Source of the DNA: Crocinitomicaceae bacterium
GTDB taxonomy: Bacteria > Bacteroidota > Bacteroidia > Flavobacteriales_D > Crocinitomicaceae
Assembly: GCA_003247185.1 (NCBI GenBank)
Contig: QKAV01000064.1
Span: forward strand, 6,015-70,014
DNA length: 64,000 bases
Direction: 5' to 3'
In this document: one piece after another, positions 48,401-57,927 of the stretch
Numbering within the stretch: the stretch's first letter is position 1
Layout of the letters: every line of letters starts with the position of its first letter
The notes under the pieces: model-generated
Told to the model about the DNA's origin: nothing
Database searches by the model: none
What the model saw: the letters and a program-made list of their open reading frames with translations, nothing else
Position numbers and translations under genes: made by a program

Positions 48401-49583
48401 GGTTGTTGACAAGTCAGACAAAGATCTGATTCTGGATGAAATTCGTTTCCGCTTCGACAATTCAGGTATTTCACGTGAGCAGGTGATGATGCTCGATATC
48501 CTTGCAAATAATGATTGGAAACGTGCGATTTACTTCTCTTCACCGGGAGGTTCTGATGTAGCGCTGTCGCTATTGAGAGGAATGACAGGAAGAGACGGAT
48601 ATATCAAGCAAAATGGTATGGCATTCGAACTCTCTCCATTAGGTTCAAGTGGAGGTGGTGTTGACCGCGATAAAATGTATGAGCATTTGATGAACACTTA
48701 CGATTACGGTAAGATGTATGATCCTGATGTGTTGACAGATTATTACGCGAGACGTCACACGGCACAATATCGTTCACATTTCTTACGTCTGGCAGAAGAT
48801 TATATGTTTGACGTATTACGTGCGGAACAAGAAAAGCAACGTATTCAGATGATGCGTGAAATGGGAGCGGACGAAGCAAACATTCCGAAATCTCAATTCA
48901 GTGAAAAGGATCTGGCGGAAGCTCGTAAGAAAGCAATTACGCTATTGAACAAATCACTAGAAGTGATGCCGGCGGAAGTAGTGATTGACTATGGAGAACC
49001 TACTCCGAATACCGATCCTCGAAGAGATTATGATTTCAACGGATCTACGCTTAAGGCATACAATGATGGTACTCTACATGAATACGTTGAGCTTTATTTC
49101 CAGGCAGGAGCTAAGAAAGAAGCCAATCAGTTGGGAATGATTGTAGCCGATCAGTTGGAGTCTATTATGGATTACTTCGAATACAGTGATGTAAAAGTAA
49201 GTGCAAGTCCTGGAAATACACAGGATCTGTACGCTGCTATCGAAGCGTATTTTACAATGCATATTGCGGCAATCGACCCTGATTTTGGAGATCCGAACGG
49301 AGAGCTGGCTAAACGCACTGCAACACGTATCGAACACTTGTACAAAGTAATGTACCCGAACATGATCAGCAATTTGAAGAAAATTGCACAGGATAACGGT
49401 GAAAGCATGCGAAGAGGAACAAATGCAGGGAAGTACGCAAGCTGGATGCATCAGTTAGAGGATTATTCGCAGGCAATGGCGATTAATTACGGATTAATTG
49501 AGGCACCGGCAGCTCCACCGGCAGCGGCTCCTGCAACACAACAGAGTATTCCTGCATTACCGATACCTGGAGGAGGTCAGTAA
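45480..49583 (+). CDS. DUF2723-family large polytopic membrane protein (putative glycosyltransferase-like)
   Basis: The N-terminus VSLWDCGEYITAAYKLEVGHPPGAPLFMVIGRLF is typical of DUF2723. There are many TM helices, a long soluble C-terminal region and a Pro/Ala-rich tail. Confidence 0.7.
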   Translation: MNYRKINIYLGWFVFLIATIVYFITIEDTVSLWDCGEYITAAYKLEVGHPPGAPLFMVIGRLFSFFADPENVAVWINRLSALSSSLTILFMFWSITILVKKMILKVRKELTKGDMIAVFGSALIGSLAYTFSDSFWFSAVEGEVYAMASLFTAIIFWAILKWDEEMMELEHVDLQTLNYSPDRWILLILFLLGLAIGVHLLGILVVPAITYLIYFRSAKTVNIKGILLIGLLGVFILGFIQEAVIPGTIALASSFEVGFVNSLGMPFYSGTIFFFVLLISLCVFLLRFARKRGRKVLYTAAMGLIVLLIGYGSFAVIVIRSNANPPLDENDPENLVTLHSYLKREQYGSSPLLFGPYWNSKENDPSEFKSQGPVYLRRFVVVKNDVDIKAYKDEARAKEHAKSVSGSTVTEKYFESNASIREHSVPTYSQTTFFPRMYWSQEAKRTQGYKEWSGYDPSDNSGSEIGKDGMRLPTFGENLTYFFRYQVDWMYWRYFMWNFAGRQNDIQGHGDALRGNWISGIESIDAMRLGDQAEHAPYYTKDNPAHNKFFLLPLVLGAIGLFFHFYRTPKDAFVILLAFLFTGVAIVVYLNQKPFEPRERDYAFAGSFYFFAMWIGIGVYALYEAFRSWKKEEFKWYGIIAGGGFILMIADSFAAGMTWLVVALLGGLILGIMTALRKVLKSDTGGAALATILALIVPVIMGMQGWDDHDRSEKTSAHDLALNYLNSCEKNSILFTNGDNDTFPLWYMQEVEEKRTDVRVCNLSLMQTDWYTEQMKMRAYDSDPLPIKFTEDQTLMYSGSTDHVLFSDLFNLYFVNTKPEIIKRIISLRVKHNGSKVNTATERFTASVDQLLQNVSSSDPRVSSRLNQIKAVVSAPLSSNVEKDVAAKFQAFMELVSAARGGMLTIDGQTYQALIQAIQAWEVEWDMTDLKDAMEFVRDDANIVRFQQGQRDLRVFPSSAFSLKVNKENAIKSGVVDKSDKDLILDEIRFRFDNSGISREQVMMLDILANNDWKRAIYFSSPGGSDVALSLLRGMTGRDGYIKQNGMAFELSPLGSSGGGVDRDKMYEHLMNTYDYGKMYDPDVLTDYYARRHTAQYRSHFLRLAEDYMFDVLRAEQEKQRIQMMREMGADEANIPKSQFSEKDLAEARKKAITLLNKSLEVMPAEVVIDYGEPTPNTDPRRDYDFNGSTLKAYNDGTLHEYVELYFQAGAKKEANQLGMIVADQLESIMDYFEYSDVKVSASPGNTQDLYAAIEAYFTMHIAAIDPDFGDPNGELAKRTATRIEHLYKVMYPNMISNLKKIAQDNGESMRRGTNAGKYASWMHQLEDYSQAMAINYGLIEAPAAPPAAAPATQQSIPALPIPGGGQ

Positions 49584-50194
49584 TGCGGATATTTCGGACT
49601 ATTGGAATTATCAGATGGATATTCTCCGATCGAATTTGGAGAATATCCACTGATGACCCCATCGTTTATCTCACGTTTGATGATGGTCCAACCCCCGAAT
49701 TGACAAACAAAATTCTAGCGATCCTGGATGCTTATAATGCAAAAGCAACTTTTTTTTGCGTGGGTGAGAATGCCGAAAAACGTCCCGAATTAATCCGGTC
49801 GATTCAAGAGCAGGGGCATGTGGTAGGAAACCATACCCAGTCACACCAAAAGTCGGGGACAATATCACGGGAAGCTTATGAAAAGGCGGTACAGCAGGCT
49901 GAAAATTCAACTTCTGCCGAACTTTTCAGACCACCTTATGGCAGATTGAATTATTTTGCTGGAAAACGACTGTCTGAAAAATATAAGATTGTAATGTGGT
50001 CCTGGCTGTCATACGACTACGACCGTTCGGTCTCATTGCAAAAAATCATCAAAAAAGCGTCACGGATTAGAAAAGGAGACGTAATCGTATTGCATGATAA
50101 TGCCAAGGTAGAGGACCGGATTTTAATCCTTCTTCCCGAAATTCTGAATATCTTGAAGAAGAAAGGTCTCAGAAGTGAGGTTATTTCCGCTTAA
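49583..50194 (+). CDS. Polysaccharide deacetylase (NodB-homology) family protein
   Basis: LTFDDGP, FFCVGENA and GHVVGNHTQSH motifs. The ATG overlaps the upstream TAA by 1 nt. Confidence 0.75.
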   Translation: MRIFRTIGIIRWIFSDRIWRISTDDPIVYLTFDDGPTPELTNKILAILDAYNAKATFFCVGENAEKRPELIRSIQEQGHVVGNHTQSHQKSGTISREAYEKAVQQAENSTSAELFRPPYGRLNYFAGKRLSEKYKIVMWSWLSYDYDRSVSLQKIIKKASRIRKGDVIVLHDNAKVEDRILILLPEILNILKKKGLRSEVISA

Positions 50195-50684
50195 AAACCG
50201 GGACAGCAGAACAGGGTTCACCATACATGATGGATTTAACCTGGGGCTGAATGACTTTCATTAACTCCGTCATGGCAAATTCAGGGTCAGGAATATCCGA
50301 ACAACCTTTGATCATTACTCTCGCATCTTTTAGTAAAGAAAGATCGGTTTGGTGAATGGCATCGAGTATCAATTGTTTAATCAGCTCATTTCTGGTCCCG
50401 ATAATAAACCGGACATTCTGCTCAACAAGGTGAGACGCTACGAGCATAAATGCCCAGGAAGGAATAATCGCATCCGCACTGCAATGAATGTATACCGCAG
50501 AATTGCGATACCCCTGCCAATCATGATTAGAAACCCAATCACGGAAATCCCTTTCCTTTAAAACAAGACCCTCCCACAATTGATTGGAAAGATCAATTTC
50601 TTTCACTTCAACTCCGGGTTTGTAGGTTGCCAGATCTATTGTAATAATCCCGCTTTCTTTAACGCGATTGCGAATTTCATCCAT
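50181..50684 (-). CDS. DUF2480-family protein
   Basis: About 167 aa with MDEIRNRVKESGIITIDLATY...LKERDFRDWVSNHDWQGYRNSAVYIHCSADAIIPSWAFMLV. The pattern is recalled from Flavobacteriia DUF2480 proteins. Confidence 0.55.
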   Translation of the reverse strand: MDEIRNRVKESGIITIDLATYKPGVEVKEIDLSNQLWEGLVLKERDFRDWVSNHDWQGYRNSAVYIHCSADAIIPSWAFMLVASHLVEQNVRFIIGTRNELIKQLILDAIHQTDLSLLKDARVMIKGCSDIPDPEFAMTELMKVIQPQVKSIMYGEPCSAVPVFKRK

Positions 50685-50764
50685 AATGTAAATGTAATTA
50701 TTTTCGGATTTCTGTCAGCTTGTCACTATTTTCACTTTGGCGTACGTTTTGACGACCATGTCCC

Positions 50765-51550
50765 GTGAAAAAACGAAATCAACAATTCGGATCAGGTTCA
50801 GAAGCTATTATTTATGCTTCCTTGATGGTAATTATCATGTGGTTGGTATTTTGGGCAGACCATCTCTTTCCGGGAGTTGATTTCTATAAATACGGGGTAA
50901 AACCGCAAACACTGGAAGGGCTGAAGGGGATTTTATTTATGCCGCTTATTCACTCCAAAACGGATTATGCGCATATCCTCAATAACTCCATGCCTATTTT
51001 TGTGTTTCTGGCAGCTCTGATTTATTACTACAGAGAAATCGCATTGAGAATTTTTATCTTTTCATGGCTGTTTACCGGACTTGGACTGTGGGCCTTTGCA
51101 GGAGATAGTTTTGCCTATCATATCGGAATGAGTGGGGTGATTTACGCGCTTGCAGGATTTTTGTTTACTTCTGGTGTGCTGCGGAAATATCGTCCGCTTC
51201 AGAGTATTTCTTTATTTGTTTCATTTGTATATGGATCGATGATCTGGGGAATCTTTCCAATGGAAACGCATGTTAGCTGGCAAGGCCACATGTCAGGATT
51301 AATAACAGGGATAATACTGGCATTCATTTACCGGAAACGAGGTCCGCAGTCGCCCAAATATCAGTATGAAATAGAAAAAGAACTGGGGATTGAGCCGCCT
51401 GACCTTGAAGGGATATGGAATGAACGTGTTCGTCAATACGAAGAACAGAAGAAAAGAGAAGAGGAAAACAGGCGCAATGCCGAACAGATCAATATTCAGT
51501 ATCACTACCGGCCTAAAGATCCACCCTCGGGCGATAGCGGTCACGAATAG
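50765..51550 (+). CDS. Rhomboid-family intramembrane serine protease
   Basis: Six TM segments. The GMSGVIYALAGF catalytic Ser motif and a later SWQGHMSGL His are present. GTG start. Confidence 0.7.
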   Translation: MKKRNQQFGSGSEAIIYASLMVIIMWLVFWADHLFPGVDFYKYGVKPQTLEGLKGILFMPLIHSKTDYAHILNNSMPIFVFLAALIYYYREIALRIFIFSWLFTGLGLWAFAGDSFAYHIGMSGVIYALAGFLFTSGVLRKYRPLQSISLFVSFVYGSMIWGIFPMETHVSWQGHMSGLITGIILAFIYRKRGPQSPKYQYEIEKELGIEPPDLEGIWNERVRQYEEQKKREEENRRNAEQINIQYHYRPKDPPSGDSGHE

Positions 51551-51986
51551 TAGCCAAACCTCTTGATGCCTCCTTCCAATTGTCGATATCGAATTCCAGA
51601 GCCAGGTATTCTCCGGTACGCAATTCAATATTGTCTTCTAAAAAATAGCTGGCAAGATCAGAGATCCCAAAATTGTGGCCAACAATCATAAGGTCATGGT
51701 TGTGCTCCTGCGAGAAAACCAATTTCAACAAATGATCACGACTGCACAAATAGAGATCTTCTACAATATTCACATGTTTTAAATCCCAGGATTTATTAGC
51801 GATCTCAAATGTCTGGATCGTACGTCTGGCAGAACTGCAATAAACCACACAATCGGCAGGAGCTTTTACATAATCACCCAGTAATTCGGATTGTTTAATT
51901 CCCTTTTCCAGTAATTCCCGGTCAAAATCCTTATCTGTAGGACTTTCCTGATTTGTCTTTCCATGTCTGATTATGTGTAAGATCAT
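51513..51986 (-). CDS. Histidine phosphatase family protein (SixA-like)
   Basis: MILHIIRHGK (RHG motif) and MIVGHN. Start moved to the ATG at 51984-51986. The longer ORF-track N-terminus is not protein-like. Confidence 0.7.
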   Translation of the reverse strand: MILHIIRHGKTNQESPTDKDFDRELLEKGIKQSELLGDYVKAPADCVVYCSSARRTIQTFEIANKSWDLKHVNIVEDLYLCSRDHLLKLVFSQEHNHDLMIVGHNFGISDLASYFLEDNIELRTGEYLALEFDIDNWKEASRGLATIRDRYRPRVDL

Positions 51987-52098
51987 AAAATTTTTATTTC
52001 TGGTACAACCAACTATTTCTAGGCTCTTTACGTTCTTATAAAAAGGATAAATAAAAATAAGCATTGAATTGTTTTTTAGCAGATAAATCCTTTTTAAA

Positions 52099-52695
52099 TT
52101 GAAAGTAGTACCAATAAAACAAAGATTGGAGATCACACTCGAGATAATCCAAGCGTGTAATCGCGAGGATCGCAAAGCGATCAATATGCTCTATGAGCAC
52201 TGCTTTCAGTTGCTTATGCCTGTTTGTTTCAGGTATAACAACAACGAAGAGGACGCCAGAGCGGCTTTAAATCAAGGATTTCTTAAAATATTGGCAGGAC
52301 TGAAACAAATGGATGGAGAATTCAATTTCGGTGCCTGGGCAAGACGGATAATGGTCAATTCATTGATTGACGAGTATCGGAAAAATAAGCGGTATACTGA
52401 TCATATCGCTAAAAGTGATAACGAAAGAGAATTGGATTATCACGCAACAGGAACAAAAAATGAAGGCGAAAGTAATCTGGGATATGATACCATCATGAAG
52501 TTACTGGAGGCCCTGCCCGAAGCTACGGCATACGTGTTTAAACTATATGTCATAGAAGGTTTTTCTCACAAAGAAATAGGAGATCAACTGGATATTTCGG
52601 AGGGAACTTCTAAGTGGCATCTGTCCACAGCGCGAAAAATGCTACGAGAGAAGCTGGAAGCCCTTGAAAACCATAAACAACGAATGGTGATATGA
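52099..52695 (+). CDS. ECF-type RNA polymerase sigma-70 family factor
   Basis: Region 2 (ARAALNQGFLKI...WARRIMVNSLIDEYRK) and region 4 (FKLYVIEGFSHKEIGDQLDISEGTSKWHLSTARKMLR). Confidence 0.8.
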   Translation: MKVVPIKQRLEITLEIIQACNREDRKAINMLYEHCFQLLMPVCFRYNNNEEDARAALNQGFLKILAGLKQMDGEFNFGAWARRIMVNSLIDEYRKNKRYTDHIAKSDNERELDYHATGTKNEGESNLGYDTIMKLLEALPEATAYVFKLYVIEGFSHKEIGDQLDISEGTSKWHLSTARKMLREKLEALENHKQRMVI

Positions 52696-53876
52696 GTTGG
52701 ACGGACAACGAAATAGATGAATTATTCCGAAGCACTGCCAAAGAAGGTCAGCCAGTTGAGTATAAAGAAGCATACTGGACTGAAATGGAAGCGTTATTAC
52801 CTGCTGAAAAATCAGGTAAGGACTTCTTGTGGATCATAACATCCCTCATCTTTGCTATCGTGTTATCTACAGCTTTCTGGCGTACACCGGATTCTGAAGC
52901 GCCTGCCGTTTCCATGACCTCCAATCAAAATAATGCAGATGCTACTCAGGCTCAGGAGAAAGAGAGTGATGAAACTTCTCAGCAAATGCCAGTAGAACCC
53001 GAAGAAGGGGAACAGATGACATCAGTCCCATTTGTGCCTTCATTTAGTGTGTATTTATCTGATATTCAGCCTTACCAAATGCCTGTTTATTATTCATCGG
53101 AACCGGATAGCCGCTTTTCACAACCATTGGATCTTAATGCAAGTGAGGAAGGATCTGAAGAATCTGGTCCGGTTGATGAATTACCTACAAATGATATTAA
53201 TTCAAACTCAGATACACAGAAAACCCTACTATCTCTCCAGGAAAAAGCGATAATGCCAAGCACTGGTCATGCATTTTATTTCCAAAGCGTGGTCGGTGCT
53301 TCGCAGTCGCTTATAACTCCATCCGGAAATATAAGTGGTTCTTATGGTATCGGAGCAGGATACGCTTTGCGAAGAGGGAATTTCGTATTTAATTCAGGAG
53401 TCAATATGATGATTTCCAATCACAGCGACCTCTATTTAACCAGAACAGCCAAGGTATATGGTTTCGGATCTTCCGTGTACACCTATAACTTTAATTATCG
53501 CCAGCTCTTTGAATTGGAAGGTTTAATAGAAGCAGGATACCAAAGTAATAGAAGTGAATTCAAAGTCGGACTGAGACCATCCTATTTAATGAGTTCCAGA
53601 GTTGTGATAAACTCTAAGGGAGATGTAGAGACTTTGGGTGACGAACCGATGCAGGACAAGCAAGTGTATTCATTTACGGGAGGATTAAAACGTTTTGGGC
53701 TAAAACCGACGTTGAGTTATGCTTATCATCTTAAACCGGACCTGGAGTTGGGTGTAAATGCAGGAGTTCAGGTGTTAAAAAGAATTGATGAAACGTACGT
53801 TCAGGGTAATTCACGTAGATTTGCAGTTGATGCGCAAATTTACCTAAGAAAAAATATTAGTTGGCAGAAGAGATGA
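52692..53876 (+). CDS. Anti-sigma-like single-pass membrane protein with acidic linker and C-terminal beta-barrel-like domain
   Basis: ATGA overlap with the sigma gene. It has a short cytoplasmic N-terminus, one TM helix (FLWIITSLIFAIVLSTAFW), an Asp/Glu/Ser/Pro-rich linker, and about 200 aa of alternating beta pattern. Confidence 0.55.
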   Translation: MSWTDNEIDELFRSTAKEGQPVEYKEAYWTEMEALLPAEKSGKDFLWIITSLIFAIVLSTAFWRTPDSEAPAVSMTSNQNNADATQAQEKESDETSQQMPVEPEEGEQMTSVPFVPSFSVYLSDIQPYQMPVYYSSEPDSRFSQPLDLNASEEGSEESGPVDELPTNDINSNSDTQKTLLSLQEKAIMPSTGHAFYFQSVVGASQSLITPSGNISGSYGIGAGYALRRGNFVFNSGVNMMISNHSDLYLTRTAKVYGFGSSVYTYNFNYRQLFELEGLIEAGYQSNRSEFKVGLRPSYLMSSRVVINSKGDVETLGDEPMQDKQVYSFTGGLKRFGLKPTLSYAYHLKPDLELGVNAGVQVLKRIDETYVQGNSRRFAVDAQIYLRKNISWQKR

Positions 53877-54943
53877 GAACGATTGGTAAAATAGGAATAA
53901 TCGTTTTAGGGTTAATTATTGTTTCCTGTAAAAAGGAAAAAATAGATATTCAGGAATCGAATGATCCGGTTTTTACATTAACCGGAAATTTTAACGGAGA
54001 GGACGTGGAGTATGTTGCAGGCGATGATGGGGCTTACATGAATACATACACTTCAATTGTTAACGGAGTGAATTTATATTCGGGAACCATCGGCACGGGA
54101 AATTCATCTGTCAGTATCGGTATCTATGATGGTAATTTGGATTACAATGAAGTCCTTCTTCAGGATGTAATGAGTTCAATTTCTCCGGTATTGGCTCAAA
54201 AGGATTTGACGCTCTTCGAGATTCACGGAACTGATTTTCTGAATCTTTCGTATGTCCAAAGTCTGGTATGGATTATTGATGGAGTGAATACGGGGTCTGA
54301 AGAATTGTTGATTACAGAACCGGGGAAATACCAGGCGTGTGCGTTGATAACATATAATGATCAAACAAAAGATACACTTTGCAATCAACTTATAATAGAT
54401 TATGCCGTACATGCAGAATCGAATGTACTGATCAATACGCAGGCGGGTAATTTGTCAGCTACGGTTACACCACTTATTGGTGATGTAAGTGAAGTGCTTT
54501 GGTACCTTGATGATAATTTTGCAGGTAATGGAACCTATTTCAATCAAAGCATCGGAACTACGGGGAATAACAGGGAGTTGCATTGTAAGATCACCTATAC
54601 AAATGGGTTTGTACAGAATAAATACATGCTTGTAAACGGCAGTTCTCCGGGTAAAAATGCGGGAGATTTTTCTGTACTGCAATCATTGCTTTCAACGAGT
54701 TATAAGCAAGATTATAAATTGGTAGTAAGTCTGATGAAAAACGGAGTGGAATATCGTTCGGATCTAGTACCTAATAATTCAGCGCAAATTGCTCTTACGG
54801 ATATCAGCTATTTCGGGAAAAATTCTACCGGACACGAAGTATATAAAGTTAATATTATCATGTCAATTGATTTAGGTACAGCCGGTTCATCAACTGCTTA
54901 CCCATTTCAATTTGAGACTTCATTTGGACTGGAAATAGATTAG
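53873..54943 (+). CDS. Hypothetical lipoprotein
   Basis: ATGA overlap with the upstream gene. MRTIGKIGIIVLGLIIVSCKK is a lipobox. Confidence 0.55.
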   Translation: MRTIGKIGIIVLGLIIVSCKKEKIDIQESNDPVFTLTGNFNGEDVEYVAGDDGAYMNTYTSIVNGVNLYSGTIGTGNSSVSIGIYDGNLDYNEVLLQDVMSSISPVLAQKDLTLFEIHGTDFLNLSYVQSLVWIIDGVNTGSEELLITEPGKYQACALITYNDQTKDTLCNQLIIDYAVHAESNVLINTQAGNLSATVTPLIGDVSEVLWYLDDNFAGNGTYFNQSIGTTGNNRELHCKITYTNGFVQNKYMLVNGSSPGKNAGDFSVLQSLLSTSYKQDYKLVVSLMKNGVEYRSDLVPNNSAQIALTDISYFGKNSTGHEVYKVNIIMSIDLGTAGSSTAYPFQFETSFGLEID

Positions 54944-54972
54944 CTTTATTAAATTTACCCAAACAAGTTATC

Positions 54973-56055
54973 ATGAATAAACTTTTACCTGCATTACTAC
55001 TACTTATTTCATCCGCTTCTTTCTCACAAATAACTGTCACTTCTTCTGATTTTGCCGTAAGCGGAGACACTGTAAGAATGAGTTCTGCAACGGATCCTAC
55101 GATAGACATAACGACAACGGGAGCCAATCAAAACTGGGATTATAGCTACCTTTCCGTGAACAGTCAGAATGTCGTTGACTACAGTGGGATGTCTGGAGCA
55201 TCTTTTCTCGTAAATGTTACCTACGGTGCATTTGCACCTGCAGATTATCACGCAAGTTACTTCTTGCCATCTACGAATCTGCCTATTAGTCAGTTGACCA
55301 GTTTCTTGCCGATTAGTATTGAGAATCCAACATCATATTATCGCTTGTCAGGCGATTCTTTGTCTATGGTTGGATACACTTTGACCATTGAAGGAAATGA
55401 GGTGCCATTTAAGGCGGATACGATTGAAAAATATTATGATTTCCCCTTAAATTTTGGTAATTCATACACCGGAAGAGGAGTAGTAAATGTTGATTTTAAT
55501 CCGATTTATAATGGTGGTTGGTTGCAAAAAAGAACGCGCTCAAGCCAAGTCGATGGATGGGGTTCAATTACAACGCCTTATGGTACGTTCAACGCGATCC
55601 GTATAAAACACACAATAGTTGAAGAAGATTCGGTATTGGTTGATTTTATGGGATTTAATTCATGGGTCGGAATACCAATGCCTACCAGTTACGTATATGA
55701 GTGGTGGACGAATGGAGAGAAGGATGCGATTTTGAGAGTAAACACACGAGATGTTGCCGGTTCGGAGGTTGTATCCGGAATAGAATTTAGAGATTATTAC
55801 AGAAGCCTTGCAGCAGTAGCATCTGTGGAAAATAATCCGGAAGTTGTTGTGTATCCTGTCCCTGCTTCAGATAACCTGTTCATTGATGGAGTCAATACGT
55901 CGACAGCGTATTTTATTTATGATAGCAATGGAAGTATCGTGAAAAGCGGTGAATATACTAATGGTATCGGGATCGCAGATCTTCCCGCTTCAAATTACCT
56001 GATTATACTAAAAACAGATAATGGCATTGAAAGCCGGACGTTTATCAAGAAGTAA
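54973..56055 (+). CDS. Secreted protein with T9SS type-A C-terminal sorting domain
   Basis: Signal peptide. The tail is VVVYPVPASDNLFIDG...YFIYDSNGSIV...SNYLIILKTDNGIESRTFIKK. Confidence 0.7.
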   Translation: MNKLLPALLLLISSASFSQITVTSSDFAVSGDTVRMSSATDPTIDITTTGANQNWDYSYLSVNSQNVVDYSGMSGASFLVNVTYGAFAPADYHASYFLPSTNLPISQLTSFLPISIENPTSYYRLSGDSLSMVGYTLTIEGNEVPFKADTIEKYYDFPLNFGNSYTGRGVVNVDFNPIYNGGWLQKRTRSSQVDGWGSITTPYGTFNAIRIKHTIVEEDSVLVDFMGFNSWVGIPMPTSYVYEWWTNGEKDAILRVNTRDVAGSEVVSGIEFRDYYRSLAAVASVENNPEVVVYPVPASDNLFIDGVNTSTAYFIYDSNGSIVKSGEYTNGIGIADLPASNYLIILKTDNGIESRTFIKK

Positions 56056-56074
56056 TTCCCTAACTTTGTATTGA

Positions 56075-56465
56075 AAGGCAAATCGGTCTATCGCTGTTCG
56101 CCATTTGACGAACGGAGGAAAGTCCGGGCAGCGCAGGGCTCCGTACTTCCTAACAGGAAGGTGCCGGTACCGATCTTCGGGAACGGTAACAGATAGTGCC
56201 ACAGAAAGGAAAACTACCCTGATGTGCGCAAGCATTTTCGGGGAAAAGGTGAAAAGGTGAGGTAAGAGCTCACCGTGCTGGTGGTGACATTAGCAGCAAG
56301 GTAAACCTTACGGGCTGAAAGACCATGTATACCCGGGATTGAGGGCGGCTCGTCCGATCCGGGAGGGTAGGTCGATTGAGGCTGATGGTGACATCAGTTC
56401 CAGATAAATGATAGACATGCTGACAGTTTTGTCAGTATACAGAACCCGGCTTATAGATTTGCCTT
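56075..56465 (+). ncRNA. rnpB: RNase P RNA, bacterial type A
   Basis: P1 pairing AAGGCAAATC / GATTTGCCTT. Conserved P4 strands are GGAGGAAAGTCCGGGC and ACAGAACCCGGCTTA. AGATAGTGCCACAGAAA is also present. Confidence 0.9.
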
Positions 56466-56942
56466 TTGTTTTTTATACAGATCTCGGGCTTTTAATAGAA
56501 ACTTATCGGTATTGAACGGGATGAAATTGTCATTGTTCACGATAATCGCTTTTCGCGTAACTCCATCTAATTGATATTTCAATCGCGTTAACTGAATGGA
56601 GCCCAAATGGAAACAACGAACAGCTTTTATGCTGCGCACGGAAGTCACATAACTTCTGTGGTTGAGATCCGTGAAGATCAATGTTCCTCCCTTAATCAGA
56701 GATGCCTGAATATTTTTTGAAAAATAACGTATGGAAAAATAGGCCAGCACAATACAGGTCAAAGCAATGAAAAGCGTTGTAATATTTGCCCCTAAAAAGG
56801 AAAGTATCATCGCGATTGATCCGACCACCAGAAGTGAGAATACCAATAAATATGTTTTTAGATTTTTGAAGTAGTGGGGACTCGTGAGACTAATTCGTTC
56901 AGACGTCAGTAAACGAGTAAACCATGTCCTTTTTTTGTGCAT
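56451..56942 (-). CDS. Hypothetical two-TM membrane protein
   Basis: Two hydrophobic helices, then a soluble C-terminal ~90 aa. Its stop codon overlaps the last ~15 nt of rnpB on the opposite strand. Confidence 0.5.
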   Translation of the reverse strand: MHKKRTWFTRLLTSERISLTSPHYFKNLKTYLLVFSLLVVGSIAMILSFLGANITTLFIALTCIVLAYFSIRYFSKNIQASLIKGGTLIFTDLNHRSYVTSVRSIKAVRCFHLGSIQLTRLKYQLDGVTRKAIIVNNDNFIPFNTDKFLLKARDLYKKQKANL

Positions 56943-57004
56943 AGCTAGAAGTTAGATAAACAAATATTATGATTATCATGTTATAAACCAAGAAAATAGC
57001 GAGC

Positions 57005-57874
57005 TTATTTTAGCTTGTTCAGCATTCGGTCGATCATGGAATAATACTGAAGAAGTTTCTCCTGATTCTCCCTGTACAGTCGGATATCTTCCGGATTAGA
57101 AAGATCAATCACATTGATTTTCTTACAGAAATAGCTGTTATTGTTGGGGGCCGAATAGTAGGAGATCAGAGAATGCGCACTGGTGTAATTGGAAGATTGT
57201 CGTACAATTCCCGCGGCAATTAAGTTGTACATGGTGCCACTAACACGTTGGCCTGGAAAAATGAATTGCTCTTTCTTTTTCAGGTCACTGTAATATTTTA
57301 AAGAGAAACTACCGGCTACCTCATCCTTGTTCTCATTGTAGGTTTTGATCCAGTTATAGGCCTTCTGACGTCCAAGTCTGGATAATAAAGCAGATAACAT
57401 GGGAACTTCATTTTTCCGGTCAAGTTCACATTTGAACTTGTTTTTTTGTAGCTCATCGTACGTTTTGGGAAGAGGAACAGAGTCGGAAGAACTTGAAAAA
57501 ATATAGGGATTAATACCTAGTGCAAAATAATTGTATTGCTTTGAATCAAACGGAGTTCCGGTTTCTGAGATATAGGGCTGCAGGACTTCTGCTTTGTTCA
57601 GGCGAAGGATATCATACAGGTTGTTACAAATGATAAGATCTAATCCTGAATTATATGCTTTTGTCTTCAGCAGATGGATTAATGAATCCGAAGACATGTA
57701 ATGTACGACAACACGAATATGATTTCGCTCCGACCAATGTCGAAAAAGCGTCGAATCCTCTTCTTGCAGAAAAGTGGAAGCAAGATGAATTTCCTTCGGA
57801 GTAGACGTGGAAACTTCCTCCGTTTTACAGGAAAATAATACGATTAAAAGACAGAATGATGCGAGAATTCTCAT
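57005..57874 (-). CDS. Lipoprotein resembling a periplasmic solute-binding protein (iron/thiamine-type SBP fold), tentative
   Basis: Lipobox LFSCK. The N-terminal pattern (IHLAS...F...IRVVVHYMSSDSLIHLLK...GLDLII...L...AEVLQPY) resembles the SBP family 1 layout. Confidence 0.4.
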   Translation of the reverse strand: MRILASFCLLIVLFSCKTEEVSTSTPKEIHLASTFLQEEDSTLFRHWSERNHIRVVVHYMSSDSLIHLLKTKAYNSGLDLIICNNLYDILRLNKAEVLQPYISETGTPFDSKQYNYFALGINPYIFSSSSDSVPLPKTYDELQKNKFKCELDRKNEVPMLSALLSRLGRQKAYNWIKTYNENKDEVAGSFSLKYYSDLKKKEQFIFPGQRVSGTMYNLIAAGIVRQSSNYTSAHSLISYYSAPNNNSYFCKKINVIDLSNPEDIRLYRENQEKLLQYYSMIDRMLNKLK

Positions 57875-57927
57875 TTCGTAGTAAATATAGAATGAATACC
57901 ACTAATTTTACAGAAGAAAATGACACA

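Noticed and set aside
56008-56235. 75-aa minus-strand ORF.
   Set aside because: It lies antisense across the 5' half of RNase P RNA and the end of gene 54973..56055. The region is explained by rnpB.
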